A stretch of DNA of 25,547 nt from an uncultured virus (IMG/VR IMGVR_UViG_3300022217_000140). The number at the start of each line of letters is the position of its first letter. The first letter of the stretch is position 1. This document shows positions 1 to 7,946 of this stretch, one piece after another. The DNA lies in the IMG/VR virus record IMGVR_UViG_3300022217_000140, positions 1-25,547 of that record, one strand, 5' to 3'. Below the pieces are notes generated by a model. That model was not told the origin of the DNA, did not search any database, and saw nothing but the letters and a program-made list of their open reading frames with translations. The position numbers were made by a program, and so were the translations under genes.

Positions 1-3000
1 CTCTATTAGAGGAGAATTCTGCGACACCCATATAGCCTTTTTCCTGCCCTGTCTCCAATTGTCCAACAGTATCCCCGCAATTTCGCGGCCCTTGCCAACG
101 CCAGTGCCATCACCAATAAAGTAACCTTTACGTTCTCCCGAAGGCAAGAGGGTAGTATGTGCCTGTCCAGCATAAACAACGGATTCTAACTGCGACAGGC
201 TTAATTTATTTTTCTCTATTACTTCTTTGGGAAGGTTCGGTGTGTAGGTTGGGTCAGGGGGGGCAACGGCAGACATGGCCGCTGATTCGACTAAAACGCC
301 AGGATGTTTTCCTGCGCCGACGATACTTACTTTTTGTGGTTGGTAATCTTCATAGATAGAATCGGAAAATTCTGCCTTTACTCGCTTCTGTCCGGTTCTC
401 TTGCTAATCCCAACGCCGGACTCCAAAGGTCTTTCAATCTGTCCAACACCGACCACGCCAAGTCTATCGGGGAGTCGTTGTTCTCCAACAGGTTTACCCA
501 GTCGCTGTTCTTCTGGTATCCCGATTCCAACGCCTTCATCAACTCCGATGGGTTCTCGTTCAACGACCCCTTCAACGTCTCCTCTATCTGGTAAGGTACT
601 TCTAACTCCCCTTCTTCTAGCCCCCACAGGGCCAGTTGGAGGCAATGTAGTATCGATGGGTTCAGCGCCTGTTTCTCTTGCCGCAGGAAGTCCCTCGCCT
701 TCTGGTTTAGCGGGTGCTGGTTCTCTTGTAATTCTTTCATTTCTAACTCCTTCTAAGAGGTTTACCGCCTCTTCGATATTGGCGACATCTCCGGTAATTC
801 TCTCCTGTCCGGTATCGGCAACCTTGTCAATTACTAATAACTGGTTCCCGTATGACGTGCCGTACTTTTTGTACTCAGAACCGGGGATACCAATATCTAC
901 TCTAATTATACCAAGGTTTTGCTGTTTTCGCCACCATGCTTTGAATTGGTTGGTATCTGTGACACCTTTACCAAGGATAGCGACTAACCTGCCGTTTGGT
1001 TCCAATCGTCGTAATGCTTGCTCTACATGCTTGAATCCTTCTGTTGAGCGTGTCTTTGATACTCTGCCGGCGGTTGCCGAAAAAGGCGGATTCATAACTA
1101 CAACGGTTGGCTTAATATCCTTTGATAGTATGTTGTGTAGTTGCTCGGCATTCTCTTTGAGGATTTCACCGAAATTAAGATGTTTAAGAATCGCCCTTCT
1201 TCTACCCGACAATTCATTCACGATCACATCGGCACCGGCTGTTTTTCCGAATACTGCTAACCCGCCGATCCCCGCCGAGGGCTCAAGATAAACCTCCCCT
1301 TTTTGGATATTTGCAACCCAATTAGCAAGATAAGCCAAATGCGGGGGCGTGGAGAACTGTTGGAACTGCTGAGATTCTTCTGTTCGCCGGGTTTGGGTCG
1401 GCAAGCGGTTGACAAGATTCCTAAACCAAGTAACTATACCTTTGGCCTGTGCCGCAGATTTAGTAGTGGGCGCATCCCGCCGCTTATTTATAATTAGATT
1501 AACTGCCAACTCCATAGCATCATAGGCATCCTTTGGCGTGTACTTTCCTTGCGCCTGGGTGCCACCGTATTCTTCGTCGGCAATAGCAAAAAGGTTTCTT
1601 GAGTTGTAGGCCCTGTCCGGGTCTTTTTCTAATAATACTACTAACCGTTCAGCGATTCTTATTTCAGGATCAACCGCCGTGGGTGGGGGTGTAGTTGGGG
1701 GTGTAGGCTGCGCTTCCGGGGGTACAGGCTTTTCACCAATCAAAGTAACTTGGCCTGTGCGCTTCTTTTCGCTTAACTCCGTAGCGTCAACCGATTGTTT
1801 TATCTTCCCGTCTACTATTAACTCTCCCTCGTCACCGGGCTCTCTCCCGGCTTCCTCTGGCTGTTGAATATCCGGGCGGCCTTCTTCTGGGCGTTCTGGT
1901 ATAGCTGCCTCTTCTTCAACGGCGGGAGTGACCGGTTGTTCCGCTTCTTCCAATCGATCTTCTTCTCCTGGAAGAACTTCTCCCTCAATGTCTCGTATTT
2001 GTGGGGCACGTTTTGTCTCCTCGTATTTTAAGGGAAGCTTAGTTTTCTTTTTATCGCTGGCCCATTCCTTAAATTCCTCAATTGGAATCTTGGTGATAGC
2101 ACCAAGTCCCTTCCATCCCCTCTCGTAATTCTCCCGATAACCCTTCCGGGCTGCTCTCATATTATCGTAACCGATAAGGACTTTATGTTCATCAAACTCC
2201 CCGGTATCCGGTTTAACTTGGTCAACAACATAGACATTATCTTTTTTCGGGCTATCCCCAACAAAGATATCTATGTGGTCTTTGTCCTTGCCAACAGTCC
2301 CTTTGATATAACCATAATGGGATTTCATTGTAATTTCCCAAGTTTCGCCATCGCTGTCTTTCCCTGTGCGCTTTGATCCCTTGGGATTCTCAATTGAGAT
2401 ATCAAGCCCTTGAATTTTTACATGACCCTTCTTGTACGTCCCCGCCTCCTTCTGTGCTTGTGTCGGCTGAGGAACGGCGTTTAGCGGAGATGTTGCCGCT
2501 TCGTTTGCGGCCTTGTCAATTTCTTTAGGTTCCGGGATTAATTTTTCTTTCTCCGCTAAGGCCGTTGGTGCAGGTGGGGACGGGACTGGAGATGGGATAG
2601 GGAGTTCTTCTTCAAAAACTCTCGCGGCCTCCTTGGCTGGTTTGATTTCTGGAACTCTTAAACCCAATCTTTCAATTTGTTCGCGGTCAATTTCTTCCGG
2701 GACCGGTAACCCTTCCCTTTCAATTCTCTCGCGTTCAAGTTCTTCTTGAACAGCTTCCGAGCCCAATAATGTCTCAGCAGCCTCCCTCGCTGTCGGTGGT
2801 GGGCCAATAGGCGGCTCAACTGGTGGACGTTCCTCAAAGACTCTCGCTGCTTCCTCGGCAGATTTATACTCCGGAACTCTTAATCCGAGCCTTTCTAATT
2901 GTGCAATATCTCGGTCTTCTTTAAGCCACAATACCTGAGCCGCTTCTTCTGCCGTTGAAGGCGGCCCCGTTACCTCTTCCCTGAATTCTTTTAACTTCCT

Positions 3001-4287
3001 CTTTATGAGATTGACATTGACGACTTCTTTTTCCGGGGTTATTTCTTCTTTGGTTTCCTGCAAAATATCAATACTATCTGTCGGCTCCCGTGCTACATCA
3101 ATCGCCCCAGACAAACCACCAGTCAATAATGTCATAAATACTGTCGGCCCGACAACATCTAATGCCTCTGCAATGGGGTCAGCTTCCGGCCGGATGCCGG
3201 TTATCTGCTCTATCCCGGCTTGCCCAGCTTGCTGTAATACTTCGGTAGTTACCTCCACGCCAAGAGTTTCTTTGATGAACTGTTTAACAATATTTTTGGC
3301 TCCACGCTTAGCCACCCCAGCAGCATCAAGACCAAATAGTTTTCCTAAGTATTTTGTTCCATAATACTCACCAGCGGCTTCTATGGTACCCGTAGCAATA
3401 GGAGCCAAACCCTGGCCGGATGCCCGGACCTTTTTAGCCTCTTCATATTTTCCTTGCGATTCCAAGTGTATCGCTTGTTCTTCTGCTGTATCGCGGGTTT
3501 GTTGCGCCTGGGATAATCCGAACATTGAGGCGGTTGCAACAGAGGCGATGTTATTAGCCATATTAGCCGCCTTATTTGCCTTGTCCATCAGTTCAGCGGC
3601 CCTAGCAGCATTACCAGCTATACTGGCTGCTTTAGATGCCTTAACAAGCTTCCCGACACCAGACAACACCCTGATACCTTTTCCCACAATTGCACCGGGA
3701 AGTACCGAAGGTGGGAGCATTTTTGCACCTTCATAAACAATACGCTCTAAACCCTTTCGTTTTTTCGGCGGTCCAAACCATTGAAGTTTTTTCGCATCTG
3801 CCCAATCTCCTAAATCTCTTCCTACTTCTTCAAGAACACCCCAAGAGAAATCTGGTACCCTGGTTGGATCACCACCCAATTCAGCAGTTGTCTCACGCAT
3901 AGTTTCTGTGATATCACCAGGCAAGCCAGCCCCAACAAATTCCATTGCTCTTCCGGCCATGCTAGGCAATTCAGTGGTCAAGCCTTCGACTCCGCCTCTT
4001 ATGGCTTCGGCAGCTATTTCACCCGTTATGGCTCCCCACCGACCAATTTGTTCTCGCATCGTTTTTTCTTGTTGGGGAGGTTGCTCAATTGTAGTAGGTG
4101 GGGGCATGTAGTAGGATGTGAAATTGTTCCTTATTTCCGATCTCTCACTTTCATGCAAATTGTAGAAATCACTATCAGCAAGATTCTTATCAAAGTAATT
4201 CTCTAAGATTGCCTGTTTCTCAGGGGCGGGCAACGCAAAATACTCAGGATCTTCATTCCACCTATCTATTTCATGAAAACGTGGCAT
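1..4287 (-). CDS. Large polyvalent virion/ejection protein, partial (at least 1429 aa): InPase + N6-adenine DNA methyltransferase + Strawberry-notch-type SF2 helicase
   Basis: Hand translation from the ATG at 4287 (MPRFHEIDRWNEDPEYF...) has no stop down to base 1. InPase motifs YKKGHVKIQGLDISIENPKGSKR, HYGYIKGTVGKDKDHIDIFVG and FDEHKVLIG (~2030-2520). MTase motifs QQFSTPP, LEPSAGIGGLA (~1255-1287) and VVMNPPFS (NPPF at 1081-1092). SNO motifs LSLSQLESVVYAGQAH and GYFIGDGTGVGKGREIAG (Walker A at 88-114). Confidence 0.92.
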   Translation of the reverse strand, partial: MPRFHEIDRWNEDPEYFALPAPEKQAILENYFDKNLADSDFYNLHESERSEIRNNFTSYYMPPPTTIEQPPQQEKTMREQIGRWGAITGEIAAEAIRGGVEGLTTELPSMAGRAMEFVGAGLPGDITETMRETTAELGGDPTRVPDFSWGVLEEVGRDLGDWADAKKLQWFGPPKKRKGLERIVYEGAKMLPPSVLPGAIVGKGIRVLSGVGKLVKASKAASIAGNAARAAELMDKANKAANMANNIASVATASMFGLSQAQQTRDTAEEQAIHLESQGKYEEAKKVRASGQGLAPIATGTIEAAGEYYGTKYLGKLFGLDAAGVAKRGAKNIVKQFIKETLGVEVTTEVLQQAGQAGIEQITGIRPEADPIAEALDVVGPTVFMTLLTGGLSGAIDVAREPTDSIDILQETKEEITPEKEVVNVNLIKRKLKEFREEVTGPPSTAEEAAQVLWLKEDRDIAQLERLGLRVPEYKSAEEAARVFEERPPVEPPIGPPPTAREAAETLLGSEAVQEELERERIEREGLPVPEEIDREQIERLGLRVPEIKPAKEAARVFEEELPIPSPVPSPPAPTALAEKEKLIPEPKEIDKAANEAATSPLNAVPQPTQAQKEAGTYKKGHVKIQGLDISIENPKGSKRTGKDSDGETWEITMKSHYGYIKGTVGKDKDHIDIFVGDSPKKDNVYVVDQVKPDTGEFDEHKVLIGYDNMRAARKGYRENYERGWKGLGAITKIPIEEFKEWASDKKKTKLPLKYEETKRAPQIRDIEGEVLPGEEDRLEEAEQPVTPAVEEEAAIPERPEEGRPDIQQPEEAGREPGDEGELIVDGKIKQSVDATELSEKKRTGQVTLIGEKPVPPEAQPTPPTTPPPTAVDPEIRIAERLVVLLEKDPDRAYNSRNLFAIADEEYGGTQAQGKYTPKDAYDAMELAVNLIINKRRDAPTTKSAAQAKGIVTWFRNLVNRLPTQTRRTEESQQFQQFSTPPHLAYLANWVANIQKGEVYLEPSAGIGGLAVFGKTAGADVIVNELSGRRRAILKHLNFGEILKENAEQLHNILSKDIKPTVVVMNPPFSATAGRVSKTRSTEGFKHVEQALRRLEPNGRLVAILGKGVTDTNQFKAWWRKQQNLGIIRVDIGIPGSEYKKYGTSYGNQLLVIDKVADTGQERITGDVANIEEAVNLLEGVRNERITREPAPAKPEGEGLPAARETGAEPIDTTLPPTGPVGARRRGVRSTLPDRGDVEGVVEREPIGVDEGVGIGIPEEQRLGKPVGEQRLPDRLGVVGVGQIERPLESGVGISKRTGQKRVKAEFSDSIYEDYQPQKVSIVGAGKHPGVLVESAAMSAVAPPDPTYTPNLPKEVIEKNKLSLSQLESVVYAGQAHTTLLPSGERKGYFIGDGTGVGKGREIAGILLDNWRQGRKKAIWVSQNSPLIE
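378..740 (-). CDS. Nested +1-frame gene (120 aa, acidic, predicted helical) inside the MTase-helicase linker
   Basis: AAGGAG Shine-Dalgarno 6 nt before ATG (gaaggagttagaaATG). ORF limits coincide with the low-complexity linker of the host protein. Globular-like composition (Leu/Glu/Asn, three Trp). Confidence 0.65.
   Translation of the reverse strand: MKELQENQHPLNQKARDFLRQEKQALNPSILHCLQLALWGLEEGELEVPYQIEETLKGSLNENPSELMKALESGYQKNSDWVNLLENNDSPIDLAWSVLDRLKDLWSPALGLAREPDRSE
1818..2009 (-). CDS. Nested +1-frame gene (63 aa, very basic) inside the InPase-MTase linker
   Basis: GAGGAG 7 nt before GTG (acgaggagacaaaacGTG). Ends in three tandem stops TAA TAG TAG (1812-1820). Starts immediately after the InPase domain. 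Confidence 0.65.
   Translation of the reverse strand: MPHKYETLREKFFQEKKIDWKKRNNRSLPPLKKRQLYQNAQKKAARIFNSQRKPGESPVTRES
2608..2898 (-). repeat. Imperfect internal duplication in the polyvalent gene (two ~69-nt copies, 222 nt apart)
   Basis: LERLGLRVPEYKSAEEAARVFEE (2830-2898) versus IERLGLRVPEIKPAKEAARVFEE (2608-2676). Also GPPSTAEEAA versus GPPPTAREAA nearby. Confidence 0.85.
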
Positions 4288-4290
4288 GTT

Positions 4291-5841
4291 TTACCTTTGC
4301 AAAGGAACGGCAGGTCGAATGCCCAATCTTGGTTGTTGATATGGTGCACTGGAAATCGTATCAACTCCATTTACAAATCGGTTCGGATGATCCAAATCTT
4401 TATGAACAGAGGGCCAATGATATTCCCCATCACGTGGATCTATTTCTGGCTCCATGCCTTGTTGGTAGGCAGCTCTATAATCATATTTCTGCCTTGGATC
4501 ATCGGGATCTGGGTTTATTCTTGTTTTATTTGCCCAAAAGGAATACCATTCCTGAAACTTTTGCTCTTCTCCTGGAGGAAGTTTTGTCCTTGACCTAGTC
4601 CTTCCACCGGGACTCGTCGGCCTTGTCCGATATTGCTGCCATGTTGGCTTTTCTTCTTCTGGCTCTATTCCAGGCGATATAAACTCAGACATATCATCAA
4701 ACACTTTCCTTGCACGACGAGCATAATTGAGATTCTCGCGTTCTTTTGCCGTTAAAGATTTCGGGTCTTTCCTCGCCTTTGCAATAAGATCCCAAGCAAC
4801 ATCAAAAGCACTTTTGGATTCCTCAATAAGATCACCAAATTCATCATACAAACTTTCTTTTTTATGGAATGGTCTCATAAGAAGATCAAGCTTCTTTTTG
4901 TATTCATCCAACGTAGCACTTTTTTTTATCTCGTAGCCTAGTTTTTTTCTTTTCTGTGCTGGAGTCAATTCTTCTCCAATTATCTTTTCGTGCTCTTTTA
5001 TATCTAAACCAAGCTGTTGCGCCTTTGTCATCGGCATTTTTCCTTTATATGGCCTTGCCGGCCCCCTGACAGGATTACCATCTGGACCCATTATCCATGT
5101 GTTTATAAAAGTACCTTCCCTGGTTCTAAATGGTATCTCTTGAGCATTCTTTTTCGCCACAGCTGCTTCGGATTCTTTGGAAGCTTTCAGATAGTTTTCC
5201 GGGGTCATTGTCATTTTCACAAATCTCTTGAAATTCTCAATGGATTTGAAAGTGAGTAAACCTTTCCCTTTTCCTTCTTCTTCAAGAAAAAGAGCTATTT
5301 CCTTACCCGCCAACCCTGGTTTACTATCCCATTCCGCTAATGATGGAGCATCTGGTTTATCCGAGCGAAAAGCAAGTATTGCTTTTCTCCTGTCGGGCCA
5401 TTTCTTATTGAAAGCATTTACATATCTTGCCGCCCCCTCCCTTATATTTCCCGATTCTATGAGAGCAGTTCCTAAATCAAATTCACTTTTCATTACATCA
5501 TAATTTTTTTTCTTCTGATAATCTTCTTTTGCCCAATCAAATCTTTCTTGCTGCCTTGTTTCTTGTCTTTTTTTATACTTACGCTCTTCTGCCCGGATTT
5601 CCTCTCTTTCCTTTCTCTTTCGTGTTTCTTGTTTTTCTTTATACTTACGCTCTTCTGCCCAGATTTCCTCTCTTTCCTTTCTCTTTCGTGTTTCTTGTTT
5701 TTCTTTATACTTACGCTCTTCTGCCCGGATTTCCTCTCTTTCCTTTCTCTTTCGTTCTTCTCTCTCAGATTCAGCCCAAAGAGATAAACCTGTTCTTATT
5801 CCCCTATCCAATCTTTCAAATGATCTATCTGAAATTGGCAT
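4291..5841 (-). CDS. Probable internal virion/ejection protein (516 aa) with charged N-terminal repeats and an extra C-terminal domain
   Basis: Lies between the small pilot-like gene and the giant polyvalent gene. GAGGGA SD upstream. Helical, charged composition. Confidence 0.6.
   Translation of the reverse strand: MPISDRSFERLDRGIRTGLSLWAESEREERKRKEREEIRAEERKYKEKQETRKRKEREEIWAEERKYKEKQETRKRKEREEIRAEERKYKKRQETRQQERFDWAKEDYQKKKNYDVMKSEFDLGTALIESGNIREGAARYVNAFNKKWPDRRKAILAFRSDKPDAPSLAEWDSKPGLAGKEIALFLEEEGKGKGLLTFKSIENFKRFVKMTMTPENYLKASKESEAAVAKKNAQEIPFRTREGTFINTWIMGPDGNPVRGPARPYKGKMPMTKAQQLGLDIKEHEKIIGEELTPAQKRKKLGYEIKKSATLDEYKKKLDLLMRPFHKKESLYDEFGDLIEESKSAFDVAWDLIAKARKDPKSLTAKERENLNYARRARKVFDDMSEFISPGIEPEEEKPTWQQYRTRPTSPGGRTRSRTKLPPGEEQKFQEWYSFWANKTRINPDPDDPRQKYDYRAAYQQGMEPEIDPRDGEYHWPSVHKDLDHPNRFVNGVDTISSAPYQQPRLGIRPAVPLQR
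5557..5754. repeat. 3 x 66-bp near-perfect tandem repeat (RKRKEREEIRAEERKYKEKQET)
   Basis: atacttacgctcttctgccc recurs at 5575, 5641 and 5707. Confidence 0.97.
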
Positions 5842-5859
5842 ATTTTTCCCTCATTTATT

Positions 5860-6747
5860 TTATACCATACCGCCAATGCCGCTACCGATACTGTAACCTG
5901 CCATTGCTTCTTGCGGACCATAAAAAGCCCCAAGACCAGTACCTGCAATGCCACCCAACAAAGATCCCTTTTTATTAAAATCGTCCATAACCCTGCTAGC
6001 AAGGGGAGCATATGTCGATGCAGCCCCACTATAAGAAGTTGCCGCTCGTGCGTAGGGATCAACACTAGGGCCTACCCTAGTTTGATAAACTCCCCTCCCA
6101 AGGCCAAAGCCCAACCTTGCAAATTTCTCTTCTTCCGCCTTTGTCCTTGCTGCTCTTCGAGCCCCTGCAACATTTCTTGCAGTTTCTAAAGCTGCTTGAT
6201 TTGCCAAGTTTGCAAAAGTTGAAGAACTTGGATCAATGCCATATCGTGAAATTTCCCTCCGACGCTTACCTTCTCCAAGTCTTGTGGCACTAATAACATC
6301 TGCTTGCGCCTCAGATACTCTTTCTCCGACATCAATCCCTTCAAGGGCTTGTCTATAAAATTCTTTTGTTGCTGGTGCTTGTTGTTCTAATGTTACTTTC
6401 GAGGCCTCTGATATTATGGGCAATAATTCTCTGTTCGCTTTGGCGGCTTCTATCTCATACGGCAAGAAAAATTCTTTGTAAAGTTCCCATTGTTGCTGTG
6501 CCATTTTCTTTTGTTGACTGGCGACTCCCCTTATAGCCGCTCTTGTTTCATCATATTCAGTATCGCCACTATCACCAACGGAAGTTTGACCAAGAATTTT
6601 TTTGGGAAAATATCCACCAGGATCTTGCACCCAATCACCCCAGGTCGTTGTTATGCCACCTGCCCCTGGCTCATCCCATATGTCTTCTGTGAAGAACTCC
6701 CCAACATCGCTGACAGCGCCACTAATAGCTTCCCCAATATCGCCCAT
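5860..6747 (-). CDS. Probable DNA ejection/pilot protein (295 aa)
   Basis: Ala/Gln/Arg-rich helical middle and Gly-rich hydrophobic C-terminus (LLGGIAGTGLGAFYG...IGSGIGGMV), typical of the smallest podoviral ejection protein. GAGGA SD. Confidence 0.6.
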   Translation of the reverse strand: MGDIGEAISGAVSDVGEFFTEDIWDEPGAGGITTTWGDWVQDPGGYFPKKILGQTSVGDSGDTEYDETRAAIRGVASQQKKMAQQQWELYKEFFLPYEIEAAKANRELLPIISEASKVTLEQQAPATKEFYRQALEGIDVGERVSEAQADVISATRLGEGKRRREISRYGIDPSSSTFANLANQAALETARNVAGARRAARTKAEEEKFARLGFGLGRGVYQTRVGPSVDPYARAATSYSGAASTYAPLASRVMDDFNKKGSLLGGIAGTGLGAFYGPQEAMAGYSIGSGIGGMV

Positions 6748-6748
6748 T

Positions 6749-7153
6749 TTATATCCTCACCAAATATAATATTTTATTGTTTTCATGTTTAATGCATAAA
6801 ATTCTTTTTTTAAAATACTTAATGATAATATTGTTAGCTTTTAATCTTTTTTTATCAGCATCAATAACAAACTTATCAAATCCTAATATAATCACATCTT
6901 CTTCTATTTTCTTAATTAAACCGTGAAAGACTCTACCTGCAATAAGATTATTCGCATTGATAATAAAATGTTGAAGTATGGGTAATGTGCGTATAAATCT
7001 TAACGTCGCCATTCCGAGCAACGTATCTTTTCCAACAGCAATCATTGTTTCGCTATCTTCAAATAAAACAGCATGTTTTTTAACTCCCTTTTTCTGAAGA
7101 AGTTTTAAAACCTCTTTATAATCAGTATCCATATTCATGGATCTAATAAACAT
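6749..7153 (-). CDS. GNAT-fold acetyltransferase-like protein (134 aa)
   Basis: Pattern IAVGKDTLLGMATL...LQHFII...GRVFHGLIKKIEED...GFDKFVI. Its position just before the ejection genes matches T7 gp13/P22 gp14-type genes. Confidence 0.45.
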   Translation of the reverse strand: MFIRSMNMDTDYKEVLKLLQKKGVKKHAVLFEDSETMIAVGKDTLLGMATLRFIRTLPILQHFIINANNLIAGRVFHGLIKKIEEDVIILGFDKFVIDADKKRLKANNIIIKYFKKRILCIKHENNKILYLVRI

Positions 7154-7211
7154 AATTTATTCCTATCTTGTCATCAACACTACTATTGATTATTTATTCT
7201 ATGCGATCCCA

Positions 7212-7532
7212 TTATGTAATGACAATTCCGCTAATAAAAATGTCAACAACACTTCCGGTATCATCGCCACCATCGATCACTTCATTTGATTCTAGAATCG
7301 TCGATGTCGAAATTATTTTCGTCTCACCAGCCTGTAGATTTTTAGCATCAAATATTGCTATCTCGCTGCCAGAAACCCCATATTTCAGTGTCACAGGCAC
7401 AACACCAGCGCTGGTATTACAAAGAATAATTTCTTTTATTATTACCTTTGAAGGGGCTATATACAGATTTGTCGTTAATACAGCAGTGAGAGTTCCTTTA
7501 TATAATTGAATGGGAGTGTATAATACAGACAT
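7212..7532 (-). CDS. Small beta-rich virion structural protein (106 aa)
   Basis: LYIAP...IIKEIILCNTS...VTL...L.AGET...ISG pattern common in phage tail-associated genes. GGAG SD, TAATG coupling. Confidence 0.6.
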   Translation of the reverse strand: MSVLYTPIQLYKGTLTAVLTTNLYIAPSKVIIKEIILCNTSAGVVPVTLKYGVSGSEIAIFDAKNLQAGETKIISTSTILESNEVIDGGDDTGSVVDIFISGIVIT

Positions 7533-7726
7533 TATTTTTCTCCTGGAAGTCTTGACGAATCATCCGCTATTTGTTCCTTGCGATCTGTTTTTTCAAAAGG
7601 AGCGCCTAACTTATCAGCAATTGGTACTAATCTTTTACCCGTTGGTAGTCCGCCCTTTTGTATAGCGACGTGGATAGCTTGGAATATATCCGCAACTTCT
7701 TTTTTTGTTAATTCATACTTAGGCAT
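7532..7726 (-). CDS. Hypothetical protein (64 aa), possible fibre chaperone
   Basis: Coupled to both neighbours by overlaps. Function not recognised. Confidence 0.55.
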   Translation of the reverse strand: MPKYELTKKEVADIFQAIHVAIQKGGLPTGKRLVPIADKLGAPFEKTDRKEQIADDSSRLPGEK

Positions 7727-7946
7727 TTATAACTTTTATCTCTAAATCATTGACTTGAGTTTTAGCCAAAGTTATGCGCTCCATACGAGTTGATTGAGGT
7801 TCTTGCGCTCTTTTAGAAATATATAGCTTAGAAATTAACTCAAAAATAACTTTCTGCATAATTTCTTCGTTTGAACCAGGCAGCCCATCGTAAGAGGCTA
7901 TTAAACTGCCGATCATTATCTCTGGAATTACTATCTCTATTGTCAT
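7719..7946 (-). CDS. Hypothetical protein (75 aa)
   Basis: GAGGGG SD, abuts the upstream stop codon. Confidence 0.55.
   Translation of the reverse strand: MTIEIVIPEIMIGSLIASYDGLPGSNEEIMQKVIFELISKLYISKRAQEPQSTRMERITLAKTQVNDLEIKVINA

Noticed and set aside
401-1291. 296-aa plus-strand ORF and other plus-strand ORFs over 159-4111
   Set aside because: Ser/Pro-rich antisense shadows of the motif-bearing minus-strand polyvalent gene. No SD or family motifs.
5557-5754. Possible CRISPR array (66-bp period)
   Set aside because: Whole units repeat with no unique spacers, in frame inside a CDS. No cas genes.
5529-5978. Hydrophobic repetitive plus-strand ORFs resembling membrane proteins
   Set aside because: Antisense reading of the purine-rich 66-bp repeat yields Phe/Leu artefactually.
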